A stretch of DNA of 64,000 nucleotides from a virus: positions 6,388-70,387 of the IMG/VR virus record IMGVR_UViG_3300044911_002321; one strand, 5' to 3'. Of the stretch, positions 34,236-44,236 are shown in pieces. Positions within the stretch are counted from its first letter, which is position 1. Each line of letters opens with the position of its first letter. The notes below the pieces were generated by a model. That model made no database searches. It was given only the letters and a program-made list of their open reading frames with translations, and had not been told where the DNA came from. The position numbers and the translations under genes are program-made.

Positions 34236-35780
34236 ATGTCAAAAAGAGGCAGCTCTTTTGGTGTAAGAGGAACTGGTTCTTTCGGTGATTTTGGTAAAAT
34301 AAAAGAACAGATAAACCCCAAAGAAGTAAAACCAATTCAAGGGGAGTTTTCCAAAGGATCACTTCCTGGTTCAATCTGGACGATCGACAGGGAGTCGGCA
34401 TGGTCACGTTGGCGTAGAGGCTACGAAATATATTCAAACGGACAATACTTTACATACGAATTTGAGTACAACATTCCAGACGTTGTATTTGCTCCTAGTC
34501 CTCCCATTGTTATCCAGGGAGCGTTTATTGGCTTTCCAACGAAGAGTCGAGAGCTTGGGATGCATTGGTGTTTATGGCGCTATGCAGGAGCCATTAGAAC
34601 TGACTTATACACCGACCCCGTAAGTACCAGCAACTTATCCGTTGAAGCTGTAACAGAAGACAAAAACTATTGGTACGTAAAACTAACAGGCACCTGGAGT
34701 TCATTAAACCCATTGCCACCGCCATTCTTTTTCCCTGGTGGGCAGAAGCCTTTGATTTCGGAAGTGTTTGAGGATCGTATTGTTACTTCCGGTGGCGATC
34801 TAATTGAAATTGATACAATCAACCCCAATACACAAACACGGTATGGTTACGTATCTGCAGTGTTACTAGACATCAACGAAAACACTGGCATCCTCAAATT
34901 CCGTAAGTCAGGTTCGGTACAAGCAACATCAGACGAAAACTTTGTCACTCCTTCGCCTATTGGATTCACTCCTGGACGTTACTTAAACTCTGGCGCACGA
35001 TACAGTTGCACATGCCAAGATTTCACACGGCGAGACTACTTCTATGTATCTTCGGAGAATCCTCGCAAGTTATTCCCAAGAACTAATATTGCCACGGTTA
35101 AACCAGGTCGTTTTGAACTCACCAAGCGTGATGGTATTTTGAGAACTCCTGCGCAAGTAGATTCCTCCATCAACTTGACGCTAGAAATTACAGCACCTCC
35201 TTCGTTTGATCTGACAAACCAAGTCACAACAGATCGAGTCATTAGTCGTGATGCGACAAGAGACAGCCCAGGACTCTATGCGGACTTTGGTGGTACTTAT
35301 ACACGCAGCACCGACAACCTTGGCACGCAAGGCTCTTCTGCAGAAGGCATGCCAACCTTTGCTGACTATACCTCTGTAACAGAGACTCTTGATAGCAGTT
35401 CCATTCCACAAAACACATTAATAACCCTTGAAGATAGATGGACGCCTGTGTTAGATGAGTTGCGTTACTGTAAACACATCTACTCACTTAAATTTGCAGA
35501 TCGCGTATTTCCTCCTGAGCCATCTGATTTTCCGACTGACATAGAAAGCATGGCTGAATGGGAAAGGCAACTAGTAGCAAAGACAGATAGCGAAATAGAC
35601 GCCATTAAAAAAGATAAACTTGCCAGGGAATCACTATCAAGAATGGATGTACCTCCATATAACTGCCAATCATTATCTGTGTACCCAATGTTGCAACGTT
35701 TGTTTAACTTTGCAACAGATCGGATTGAAGTACAAAATTTCACAATGATTGATCAGTATGGCAATCGTTCGCAACCATGA
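34236..35780 (+). CDS. Protein with a split SWIM-like zinc-finger motif
   Basis: YSCTCQDF ... YCKHIY. Confidence 0.65.
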   Translation: MSKRGSSFGVRGTGSFGDFGKIKEQINPKEVKPIQGEFSKGSLPGSIWTIDRESAWSRWRRGYEIYSNGQYFTYEFEYNIPDVVFAPSPPIVIQGAFIGFPTKSRELGMHWCLWRYAGAIRTDLYTDPVSTSNLSVEAVTEDKNYWYVKLTGTWSSLNPLPPPFFFPGGQKPLISEVFEDRIVTSGGDLIEIDTINPNTQTRYGYVSAVLLDINENTGILKFRKSGSVQATSDENFVTPSPIGFTPGRYLNSGARYSCTCQDFTRRDYFYVSSENPRKLFPRTNIATVKPGRFELTKRDGILRTPAQVDSSINLTLEITAPPSFDLTNQVTTDRVISRDATRDSPGLYADFGGTYTRSTDNLGTQGSSAEGMPTFADYTSVTETLDSSSIPQNTLITLEDRWTPVLDELRYCKHIYSLKFADRVFPPEPSDFPTDIESMAEWERQLVAKTDSEIDAIKKDKLARESLSRMDVPPYNCQSLSVYPMLQRLFNFATDRIEVQNFTMIDQYGNRSQP

Positions 35781-35815
35781 GGTGAGCTTAGAATAAGTTA
35801 ACGGCCATTGACAGC

Positions 35816-36154
35816 ATGTTTTGCAACGAGCACGAGCCCCTCGCCCTGCTAGTTGAACTAACTCCAAAGCTTGCCAAGAAACGTTTTAGACAAAGCATAT
35901 ATGAAGCCTGGGACCACAAATGCGGATACTGTGGTGACTCGGCGTCAAGCCTTGATCACATTGTTCCAAGGTTTAAGTCGGGTTCTTCTAATCGACATAA
36001 TTTGATTCCTTGTTGCAGACGTTGTAACGCAAACAAAGGATCAGAGGACATGAAAAAATGGTACGAAAAACAATCTTTTTTCTCTTCTTCATCTCTTGCT
36101 AGGATTGAAGCCTGGATCCAACAGCAAGCTGTTTTTATTTTTGGTGAGTGCTAA
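35816..36154 (+). CDS. HNH endonuclease
   Basis: CGYCG...SLDHIVP...NLIPCCRRCNANKG. Confidence 0.9.
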   Translation: MFCNEHEPLALLVELTPKLAKKRFRQSIYEAWDHKCGYCGDSASSLDHIVPRFKSGSSNRHNLIPCCRRCNANKGSEDMKKWYEKQSFFSSSSLARIEAWIQQQAVFIFGEC

Positions 36155-38988
36155 TGGGCGTCTTTAATGACTATGTTTCTTCTTATGGCGATATTGCACA
36201 GGCTTATAGTACTTGGTTGAATGACAGGGGCAATATTCATTGGTCTCAATATGTTGACGCAGCGCCAGATTTAACGCAAGCGTGGCAAGCTGCTAACAAA
36301 AGAAATGGCATATCAAAATGGGATTGGGGGTACAAACATTATCAAAACATAGGGAAAAACGAAGGACGTTTAACGCCAAAGATTGTAAACACAAACGGTT
36401 TGCCAGATACACCAGGAGATAAAGGACGTGGTGGGTATACAACACTACCCGTGTATCAAGATGACCAAGGAAGGCCATATACTAACGAAACAGCCCAGGA
36501 AGGGTTTGGATATGACCACTGGGATAAACAAGGTGGGAAAAATGAGTATCGTATTTTACCTGGCGGCGGTCAATTCAACATTCAACCTGATGGCAGTATT
36601 TCGGTAAACACAGAATCTATTGGGACAGAGGCTCAACAGGCATTTAAAAACTTTGCAAATAGATACAACAGCAGCAATGGCACTAATTTTAAAGAAATTG
36701 CGGATTCTTTAAACGCATTAGGAACAACTGAATCAAAAATACTAACAGAATCAGGATCAACTAATACACTTGTTAATGCCTTTTACGGCAAAGTTTCCCC
36801 TTGGGATCCAAAAGACAACGCGGCTTATCAACCGCCAATGGGAGCATTTGATCCTACTTACTACGTCACAACAGATCAAGGAAGAGAAGCATATGATCAG
36901 TGGCAAAAAGCTGTTGAAGGCACTATTAATATCGGTGGTCAAGCTTATCCAGATGTTTCAATAGTTGGAAAGTACAACCAAGATTCGTTTTTACAGTATA
37001 ACTATGCAGTTGTACATGGTAAAACCGAACGAGGAAATCGAATTGTCAAAGCGGAGGCCGCCGAGGATTTCAAAGAAATCCCAATGACCGATGCACAGTA
37101 CCAATTGTATCGCGATCAGGTATTGGGTCTAGGTTCTTTTACCACATTGAAAGAATGGGAAGCAGCACAAGATCCCGCATTCTTAAAGGAGTGGATTTCT
37201 TCTTTATCCCCAGAAGATGCGGCAGATCGCAAGAGTGGCTACTTAACAATTCCATCTATTACTCAATTACCAGAAAAGATTCGCTCGCAAGCAAAGATGT
37301 CGCGAGGGAATACACTTCTTGAAGGAAAGTTAACTACTGTACTTGGAGCAAAAGAACAAGAGGCAGCCGATAAGTTCAGATCTTTAACCGTTGATACGTT
37401 TAAAGAAACTTTAAACGAGTATAAAAAACAACGTGCCAAAGAACAGCAGTTTGATTTTTACAGCGGTATGCCAGGGTTTGATGAGATTTTTAACGTAAAC
37501 AAAGAACTGTCTAATTCCCTTTTAGGGGAGACTGGCGTAGGAGGTCTTCTTTCGTTAACAGGACAGAACCAAGAAAAATCAACAGATAGTTTAGAGAGAC
37601 AGTTTTCTGCGCTAACTGGTATCCCATCTAAAGCAAATACAGTTTATAACTGGCAAAAATGGTTTGATGAAACGTTAACAAAACGCTATCAAGAAGGAGC
37701 TGACTTTGCAGATTTTCAAGACCCTGCTAAACAATACACAATTGACAAAGAATTTGCAGAGGACTATATCAAGCGTTATTTAAATCCTCGTTTTAATACC
37801 TCGCGTTCTATGTCAGAATTTATGAGTTACATGGATGTGACTCAAGGAGAGGAAAATATTTTCCAAACACAAAGTGCATTGAACTCTTTGAAAACGCTGG
37901 CAGATTTACGAGCACAAAAATATTTAGACGACATCAAAAACTCAGGTACCTCTGGGTTTGATTCCGAGTTTTATTTTAATCCTTCCGGAGGAGATGTAGA
38001 TATCTCAAAGCACAATTTACAAAAAACAAAAGTAACTGAAGACTGGGACAATGCCAGAAGGAATGGAGAGCAAGTTGTCCCTGGTACAAATCCACCACAG
38101 ACCTGGAACCAACTGGCTTATTTCCATGGGTACAACCTAAACGACAAAGCACAATTTGCTAAATTGCACTATCAGGTTTATGGAAGGCAACAGGGATTTG
38201 ACCCGGCGCGTGACAAGTTATCCTTTAATGCTGCACAGTCTTTTATTGATAATGACATACTTCCTGCTATTGCAAATGAAAAATTAAAACTAGGTGGTGT
38301 TTCTTTTTTAAACTTTGTAACACCTCGTGAGTATGCAGACAAGATGCTGGAAGGTATTGACCCTGCCAAGAATAAACCTGAGTGGGAGAAAGTGCTTGAG
38401 TCTATGGGGCTTTCGGGCAAAGACATGGGTATTGAAGAAGTAAAGACGTACATTGAAGAGGCTTTTCAAACAGGAGAAGCAACTAAAATCCGTGAAGCAA
38501 TCAAATACTTGAACGAAAAGAAAGAGAAGGTAACGCAAGAAAAACTTGGCGTAGACTATATTCAACGTCCAGAAGACACTGAGGCGCGTACTAACCCAAA
38601 TGAAACTGAACTCTATAACGTATTTAAGAACGCAGGGTTTTCTGGAACAGAAGATGATTTTTACAAAGAGTTTATGCCAGACGTTAATCGAGAAGATATG
38701 GAACTTTTGACACAGGCAGGAAAAGGCTTTAAAGAAGGGAGTATATTTAGTAAGTTAAACAGTAGTGATCCATTTGAATCCTTGGGTTCAATTGAAGGCT
38801 TGTTTACAGATGAAGACAACACTGAAGAAACAAGCAGTAAGACAAGCTCTTCTGCAGAAGATAAGTCTTATTTCAAGTTGTATAACGATGATGATACCGA
38901 GGATACAGTAACCGCAAAATCAAAGTCAGGCCAAGGATTTCTTGGTAGTTTCACTAGTGCATTTAAAGGTTTAACACCCAAGTATTAA
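36154..38988 (+). CDS. Large hypothetical virion-associated protein (~944 aa)
   Basis: Long ORF; YV..Y.D....and FD..YY repeat-like segments. Confidence 0.75.
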   Translation: MGVFNDYVSSYGDIAQAYSTWLNDRGNIHWSQYVDAAPDLTQAWQAANKRNGISKWDWGYKHYQNIGKNEGRLTPKIVNTNGLPDTPGDKGRGGYTTLPVYQDDQGRPYTNETAQEGFGYDHWDKQGGKNEYRILPGGGQFNIQPDGSISVNTESIGTEAQQAFKNFANRYNSSNGTNFKEIADSLNALGTTESKILTESGSTNTLVNAFYGKVSPWDPKDNAAYQPPMGAFDPTYYVTTDQGREAYDQWQKAVEGTINIGGQAYPDVSIVGKYNQDSFLQYNYAVVHGKTERGNRIVKAEAAEDFKEIPMTDAQYQLYRDQVLGLGSFTTLKEWEAAQDPAFLKEWISSLSPEDAADRKSGYLTIPSITQLPEKIRSQAKMSRGNTLLEGKLTTVLGAKEQEAADKFRSLTVDTFKETLNEYKKQRAKEQQFDFYSGMPGFDEIFNVNKELSNSLLGETGVGGLLSLTGQNQEKSTDSLERQFSALTGIPSKANTVYNWQKWFDETLTKRYQEGADFADFQDPAKQYTIDKEFAEDYIKRYLNPRFNTSRSMSEFMSYMDVTQGEENIFQTQSALNSLKTLADLRAQKYLDDIKNSGTSGFDSEFYFNPSGGDVDISKHNLQKTKVTEDWDNARRNGEQVVPGTNPPQTWNQLAYFHGYNLNDKAQFAKLHYQVYGRQQGFDPARDKLSFNAAQSFIDNDILPAIANEKLKLGGVSFLNFVTPREYADKMLEGIDPAKNKPEWEKVLESMGLSGKDMGIEEVKTYIEEAFQTGEATKIREAIKYLNEKKEKVTQEKLGVDYIQRPEDTEARTNPNETELYNVFKNAGFSGTEDDFYKEFMPDVNREDMELLTQAGKGFKEGSIFSKLNSSDPFESLGSIEGLFTDEDNTEETSSKTSSSAEDKSYFKLYNDDDTEDTVTAKSKSGQGFLGSFTSAFKGLTPKY

Positions 38989-38990
38989 TC

Positions 38991-39287
38991 ATGAGTAAGC
39001 ACAAAAAAGCAGCTAGTGCCGCCAAGATCCACAAGGATTCCATGGAGTGCAACAAGCCAAGAAAAACTCCTGGTCATGCAACTAAATCACACGTTGTCAA
39101 AGCATGTGAAGGAGGCGAAGAAAAGATTATTCGGTTCGGTCAGCAAGGCGTAGAAGGCGCCGGCAAGAATCCCAGAACAGAAAAAGATAAGGCACGTAAA
39201 AAATCGTATTACGCCAGACACAATGCTCAGGATTCTAACCCTGACAAAATGTCGGCACGGTACTGGTCGCATAAAACGAAATGGTGA
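38991..39287 (+). CDS. Small basic conserved phage protein
   Basis: IRFGQQG...RKKSYYARH...SARYWS motif. Confidence 0.75.
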   Translation: MSKHKKAASAAKIHKDSMECNKPRKTPGHATKSHVVKACEGGEEKIIRFGQQGVEGAGKNPRTEKDKARKKSYYARHNAQDSNPDKMSARYWSHKTKW

Positions 39288-39517
39288 TGCAGTTAGCAGG
39301 AAAGTATTTGGAATTTGACATGTTATTGAGTCCAGCATTTAGGACTACTCTTGGACCTCAGTATGAAAATATTACACAAGATCAGTTTAAAAAACTGGAC
39401 AACGCCTTAAGAACACTTGGTACTGCTCCTCAGGGAAGCGATCAAGCTATTAAAGGAATGATTCAATTAGGGGAAGTTCAAAACGAAATAGGTGCAGCCA
39501 TGGCTGTACGTCGCTAA
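39287..39517 (+). CDS. Hypothetical protein
   Basis: Coupled ORF (TGATG junction). Confidence 0.6.
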   Translation: MQLAGKYLEFDMLLSPAFRTTLGPQYENITQDQFKKLDNALRTLGTAPQGSDQAIKGMIQLGEVQNEIGAAMAVRR

Positions 39518-39543
39518 ACTGTGTAGGCCGCTTTTTCATCAGT

Positions 39544-39666
39544 ATGGCAAAGCCTAAGTCCACCACGATCTTAATTGAGTCCAAGCCTAAGAAGACTCGT
39601 CAAGGCGACGGTAAAAACTCACGTCCTAGTCACGGGCGTAAATTGTCTCGCGGCCAAGGCAAGTAA
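39544..39666 (+). CDS. 40-aa basic peptide (KKTRQG...RGQGK)
   Basis: Hand translation; motif recalled from cyanophage small proteins. Confidence 0.6.
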   Translation: MAKPKSTTILIESKPKKTRQGDGKNSRPSHGRKLSRGQGK

Positions 39667-39703
39667 AAATTATGTATACTTGGGGGTAACACTTGTTACC
39701 CCT

Positions 39704-40333
39704 ATGGATAATTACAGGCAAGCGATTGATTTAATTTGTCGTTACGAAGGCTTCAATGAACTTGCTTACCCAGATCCTCAAACAGGTGCAGAGCCTTACA
39801 CGATTGGATTTGGTACACAGTATTATCCTGACGGCAGTGTTGTAAAGAAAACCCAGTGCTGCACACAACGCAAAGCCCTGGAGTACCTTGTTGATGAACT
39901 CACCGTTCTAAACACAGAACTTCTGAAGTTGAACCTAGGCTTGGACGAGTGCATGCACCAAGCATTACTTTCGTTCTGTCATTCGGTTGGTTGGGAAAGT
40001 TTCCTGTACAGCTCCATTATTGACTGTCTTGAGGTCGATGACTACGTTGGCGTAACAGAAGAAATTGCACGGTGGGTCTTTGATGCAGATCACCAAGTCA
40101 TCGGTGGTCTCCTGGAACGACGCAGGGAAGAGATCAACCTATTCCTTTCCGACGTTGAAGCCAAGCCTTGGGTTGCCACAGACGTACTGCTGCGTGCGTT
40201 TAGAAGCTATGGTGCGAAGCCCCATGAGACGGAAGCAATCCGAACCTTGGAAGCGACAATCAATCCCTATGCGCTTGCAGAATTTGCTAACCGTTTCAAG
40301 CTTGACGACGCCTCTGCCTTTTCAAGTGACTAG
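39704..40333 (+). CDS. Lysozyme (GH24)
   Basis: EGF...AYPDP......YTIGFG and GLLERRREE motifs. Confidence 0.85.
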   Translation: MDNYRQAIDLICRYEGFNELAYPDPQTGAEPYTIGFGTQYYPDGSVVKKTQCCTQRKALEYLVDELTVLNTELLKLNLGLDECMHQALLSFCHSVGWESFLYSSIIDCLEVDDYVGVTEEIARWVFDADHQVIGGLLERRREEINLFLSDVEAKPWVATDVLLRAFRSYGAKPHETEAIRTLEATINPYALAEFANRFKLDDASAFSSD

Positions 40334-40366
40334 CGTCCTAGAATAAATGCAGTACTCAGGCTTTCC

Positions 40367-40663
40367 ATGGAGAACGAATCCACACGTAAAGAGTTTGAAT
40401 TACCTTTAGAACTTCAGTTTGCCATGCGTAAAGCTGAGCTGCAAACAGAGGAGATGTGTTGGGAAGAACTGCAGGCGGCACTGTTAAACCTGTACTTCCA
40501 ACGGATGATGGAATGGGCAGCCGTTAAAGAAATCATGTGTTCTGAAGGGATTGATATTGAGTGGGATCTGCCTAGTGAGTTGGAACTTAGTGAACTCGCC
40601 CTGGCTTGTATGCAGGACGAGTCAGACGATGACGACGATTTACACTACGCTCATCCCTTTTGA
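40367..40663 (+). CDS. nblA: NblA-like phycobilisome degradation protein with acidic tail
   Basis: LPLELQF..R.......M..EEL...LL.LY.Q.M pattern. Confidence 0.55.
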   Translation: MENESTRKEFELPLELQFAMRKAELQTEEMCWEELQAALLNLYFQRMMEWAAVKEIMCSEGIDIEWDLPSELELSELALACMQDESDDDDDLHYAHPF

Positions 40664-40977
40664 CTTTCGTCCAATTGAATAAGACGATCTAGGTACCACT
40701 GTGCTTTCTTCAGTGATTCTGTCTCGCCTTTGTGGCGCTCACGCCAAATATACTTTATGTTATTTCCCTTGCAGTAACCACGGAATTCTTCGTTGGTTAA
40801 AGCCGCCTCAATGGCTTCGATGCATTCGATGCCCCCATCAGTGTAATGCGAGGGATGATTTACGACATCCTCTTTGATTGTGGGAGTTGTTTCAAGCGGT
40901 TTAATGGTAACCCAGGGTACTGGACAAACGCCATCTACACACCCATTGGTTTCGTCAACAGGGGAAAACATGTCCAT
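40651..40977 (-). CDS. DUF3310 / T7 gp1.7-like protein
   Basis: DVVNHPSHY...IECIEAI...GNNIKYIWR...LKKAQWYL. Confidence 0.85.
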   Translation of the reverse strand: MDMFSPVDETNGCVDGVCPVPWVTIKPLETTPTIKEDVVNHPSHYTDGGIECIEAIEAALTNEEFRGYCKGNNIKYIWRERHKGETESLKKAQWYLDRLIQLDESQKG

Positions 40978-41010
40978 TGTAAAAATGCCGACTGAGACAG
41001 CCTAGCAGTT

Positions 41011-41376
41011 TTAACGCATTAAGCCTTTGCGTTTGGCGGAAAGCAGCAGTTCCATCTCATCTGGATCACCGTCAATATCACCAAGAACGCCAGGAGGCTT
41101 GGGGTTTGCACCATATAACTCCATACCTTCTTCCATGGAAGGAATGTAACCCGTCAAGCCTGGACGTTGACCATATAAACCTTGACCTTCAATATTAAGT
41201 GGGTTGCGCTGCATGCCATCCATGGGAGCAACTAAGCCCGTGTTATACATATCTTGAAGAGGTACGTCGTTGGTTTCGGTATCGAGGGGCGCACCAAAAT
41301 CTTCAAAACCAATACAACGGCACTTTACTTGATCATTATTTGCCGCAAACTCTTGCAAAAACATTGAGGGCCGCAT
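41011..41376 (-). CDS. Hypothetical protein
   Basis: 121 aa ORF. Confidence 0.65.
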   Translation of the reverse strand: MRPSMFLQEFAANNDQVKCRCIGFEDFGAPLDTETNDVPLQDMYNTGLVAPMDGMQRNPLNIEGQGLYGQRPGLTGYIPSMEEGMELYGANPKPPGVLGDIDGDPDEMELLLSAKRKGLMR

Positions 41377-41413
41377 TGTTTTCTTAGCGATATATCCTTT
41401 CTATAATGATAGT

Positions 41414-41737
41414 ATGAGCAAGTTTAGATCCGAGACTTACGACGCAGCCAAGGACTCCGGCACTTCTGCTGGAGTACCAACGGATCTGAACCCTGGAAGA
41501 GCTTATAACGTGGATCTGCGGTACGTGCGACCGCAAGAACGAGGTGTCGTTGGTTCCGCATCAAAAGGAGCAGTGGCACGCGTTGACCGTTTCATGAAGA
41601 GTGCACGTGCTGCTGGCAAATATCAAAAGAACCAACTGATTAACGAACCCACCAGTGCCACGGCTGGTGACAGTGGTGGGCGTGCAGGATCTACCGCGTA
41701 TGCAGACAAACCCAAACAATCGTTTGGACGTAGTTAA
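41414..41737 (+). CDS. Hypothetical protein
   Basis: 107 aa; TATAAT upstream. Confidence 0.6.
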   Translation: MSKFRSETYDAAKDSGTSAGVPTDLNPGRAYNVDLRYVRPQERGVVGSASKGAVARVDRFMKSARAAGKYQKNQLINEPTSATAGDSGGRAGSTAYADKPKQSFGRS

Positions 41738-42321
41738 ACCTGTGGAAATACTACGGTATTTGGTTGATCTTGGTACTTACCTTTCCGATCTTGGTAGCTG
41801 ACTTCACAAGGATTACCACGGTAGAAAAGCAGTTGAGTGATACCTTCGTTTGCATAGACACGATTGAATAGACCAGTACAATTACTGATCTCAAGCGTCA
41901 GGTAACCTTCCCACCCACTTTCAGCGGGCGTGATGTTAACTAGAATTCCTGAGCGTGCGTACGTCGATTTACCAACTGCAACAACAGTGACATCACGAGG
42001 CAACTTTAGACGTTCTTGTGCAACGCCTAAACAATACCCATACGGAGGAAGAAGAAAGTATTTGCCGCGTTCATCTTCCAGAAGTTCTGCAGGTTTTAAA
42101 ATACTCTCGTCAAAGGCTTTTGGGTCGCAGTCACCGGTTTGAATTTTACCAAAGATTAGGCACTGGCTAGGGGACAAACGAATGTCATATCCGTAAGAGC
42201 TAAGGCCATAACTTAACAAACGCCGACCATCCTCTTTGCTGATCAGACGATCAACAAAGGGTTCGATCATTTGTTCTTTCTCGGCACGCTCTTTGATTTC
42301 CCAATCGGCCAGGACGCTCAT
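41734..42321 (-). CDS. dcd: dCTP deaminase
   Basis: SYGLSSYGYDIR, GKSTYARSG, GWEGYLTLEISN, YANEGITQ, KGKYQDQ. Confidence 0.95.
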   Translation of the reverse strand: MSVLADWEIKERAEKEQMIEPFVDRLISKEDGRRLLSYGLSSYGYDIRLSPSQCLIFGKIQTGDCDPKAFDESILKPAELLEDERGKYFLLPPYGYCLGVAQERLKLPRDVTVVAVGKSTYARSGILVNITPAESGWEGYLTLEISNCTGLFNRVYANEGITQLLFYRGNPCEVSYQDRKGKYQDQPNTVVFPQV

Positions 42322-42339
42322 AAGACCTCAATAGCTTGT

Positions 42340-42939
42340 TCAGTCTACAAGGAGATGGCCACGTTCGCCGTAGATTTTACAGAAGTGTTCTACTGCATCT
42401 CCTGACCGATCTTTGGGAGGCAGGTAAACCAAGAAAGACGTGCACGTTTGTTTTTTCTCTACATTCCCATCAAGATTACGGAGCAGGTAAGGGACGGTAC
42501 GTAGAACGCACATAGGAAATTTAAAGATCTTTGGCTCGTATCGAATCATGTCAGGGCAGTTGCTGAAGTAAAGCCCTTGCTTAATCTCGTCCGCTAGCCA
42601 TGCATGGTACATTCGACGGAACCATACGGCATGCGAAGAAGTCAACGTCAATGACGAAGCGCGTGTCATCTTCCACCGTTGGTTCTTTTGGTCCCAGAAG
42701 TATGATCCCGCTGGTGGAAACAAATAGCAGCTTCCATACCATTGTTGGTTATTTAACCCATCATCCACGGGTGTGTAGTATTCAGTCGCTTGTACGTACT
42801 CATTGGCAACCTTGGAGCTAGCCACATCCAAGTCAATGCCGCCTAAAAGTTCGTTGGCAGCATGCACCAAGTCTGCGTTGGTGATGAGTTCTGCGCCTTC
42901 AACCCTGGCGGATACGCCGCGAATACCTTTCTCAGTCAT
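42340..42939 (-). CDS. Phage Dam-like N6-adenine methyltransferase homolog with deviant catalytic motif
   Basis: GGIDLDVAS..AN....YYT..DDGL..Q.W.G..YLFPPA where NPPY is expected. Confidence 0.6.
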   Translation of the reverse strand: MTEKGIRGVSARVEGAELITNADLVHAANELLGGIDLDVASSKVANEYVQATEYYTPVDDGLNNQQWYGSCYLFPPAGSYFWDQKNQRWKMTRASSLTLTSSHAVWFRRMYHAWLADEIKQGLYFSNCPDMIRYEPKIFKFPMCVLRTVPYLLRNLDGNVEKKQTCTSFLVYLPPKDRSGDAVEHFCKIYGERGHLLVD

Positions 42940-43321
42940 TGTTAACGATGTCGTTATACGCTATTTCCAAATAGCGAAGACCCTTGTCATCATTGATGAT
43001 GTACCCTGCCTTCTCCATCGGATCAATCTTTTGTGCTGCCCCAAGGATGCGTCGTAATGTTTCGGCAAGATCACCGTTATTGTTATGCTCGCAATCTTCT
43101 TCTGCCGCGTGAATTTCTTTTAACGTCCAAAAGAATATAGAGCGCTCTTTATTGTCAGGCTGGAATACCAAGACGCCAGGACCTTCTGCATCCCAGAACT
43201 TAACGTACTGTGCGCCCATGTCCCCAAGGATGAGCTTGACTGTAGTATCAAGCATTTTTGCCTTGGTCTCATCCAGTTCAGGACCAATGACTGACGCAAT
43301 TAACTTCTCACGGCGATCCAC
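42932..43321 (-). CDS. Hypothetical protein
   Basis: 129 aa coupled ORF. Confidence 0.7.
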   Translation of the reverse strand: MDRREKLIASVIGPELDETKAKMLDTTVKLILGDMGAQYVKFWDAEGPGVLVFQPDNKERSIFFWTLKEIHAAEEDCEHNNNGDLAETLRRILGAAQKIDPMEKAGYIINDDKGLRYLEIAYNDIVNND

Positions 43322-43778
43322 TTTTTAACAACCCTTGACGATGCAGAGATTCTAACAGTTTTGGCGTTGGCTGGTACAAGACAACCAACTTGCCAAGCAC
43401 GCCGCGTTTCTTGCAGAGCTTTCCTTGCTCATCTCGGACCTTATCAAATTCCCCGGACCTTATCAAATACTCGGCAACACATCGCAACCGACGTTTAAGA
43501 GGCAACTCCGCTTGTGGAAATTTACCGCAGATTGTGTCTGGGTTCAGATCTTTGAATGCCAGTCGCAATCGATTGGCCAAGGTCATACCAGAGTTGGCGT
43601 CTTCTTCTTCATAGTTTTTTAAGTTTTCTAGGTAGCGACGCAAGCAACCGTCATCGAAGGAGCCCCAGGGTGGTAAGAACATTTCCACTTGCTCTGCCAG
43701 GGATTTAGGCAGCAGCTCCTCATGGTTATCGATATTGATGGCATCGATATCAATTCCCTTGAAACGATGTGCCATCAC
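43308..43778 (-). CDS. Hypothetical protein
   Basis: 156 aa coupled ORF. Confidence 0.7.
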   Translation of the reverse strand: MMAHRFKGIDIDAINIDNHEELLPKSLAEQVEMFLPPWGSFDDGCLRRYLENLKNYEEEDANSGMTLANRLRLAFKDLNPDTICGKFPQAELPLKRRLRCVAEYLIRSGEFDKVRDEQGKLCKKRGVLGKLVVLYQPTPKLLESLHRQGLLKSGSP

Positions 43779-44185
43779 TCAAGAACCTCTTTGGTCGCAT
43801 GATACAAGTGATACTGCGCACGTAGGTTTTTAAGATTGATGTTTTCATTTTTAGCAAAGGATTGAATGAGGCGATTCCATGGAATACGCAAGACTGCTTT
43901 TTTGTGGACGTCAGGAGAAACGTTGACATAATGAATACCTTCGACCCAGCCTTTGTCAGCGTTTTTTCTACCGATTGCAATCCAGTTGCGGATGGTTTGA
44001 TCGGAGACTCCTAAACGCCTGCCGCATTCCTCTGTCGAAATGTATTCATCTGCAAACATTTCGGGATTGGCGATGTCGGTCTCAGCGTTTGAGTACCGAC
44101 TGTGCCACATGGAACCAAGGATATTCCTGATTCCTTTCAGTTCGTAGGCAATGTCTTCCAAGCCTTTGCGTAGTCCGTACGGCAT
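43775..44185 (-). CDS. HTH DNA-binding protein (excisionase/MerR-like)
   Basis: YISTEECGRRLGVSDQTIRNWI...GIHY. Confidence 0.75.
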   Translation of the reverse strand: MPYGLRKGLEDIAYELKGIRNILGSMWHSRYSNAETDIANPEMFADEYISTEECGRRLGVSDQTIRNWIAIGRKNADKGWVEGIHYVNVSPDVHKKAVLRIPWNRLIQSFAKNENINLKNLRAQYHLYHATKEVLE

Positions 44186-44236
44186 ACTGCACTCCGATCA
44201 ATTAAATGCTAGTCTTTTGTAAACAACTTTGTGATC

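Noticed and set aside
39575-39703. N-terminal extension of the lysozyme shown in the ORF track
   Set aside because: It overlaps the 39544-39666 peptide gene; ATG 39704 fits the GH24 domain start and its own -10 box.
43775-44185. Excisionase implying an integrated prophage
   Set aside because: No integrase, att site or host genes are visible in the window; only the HTH fold is supported.
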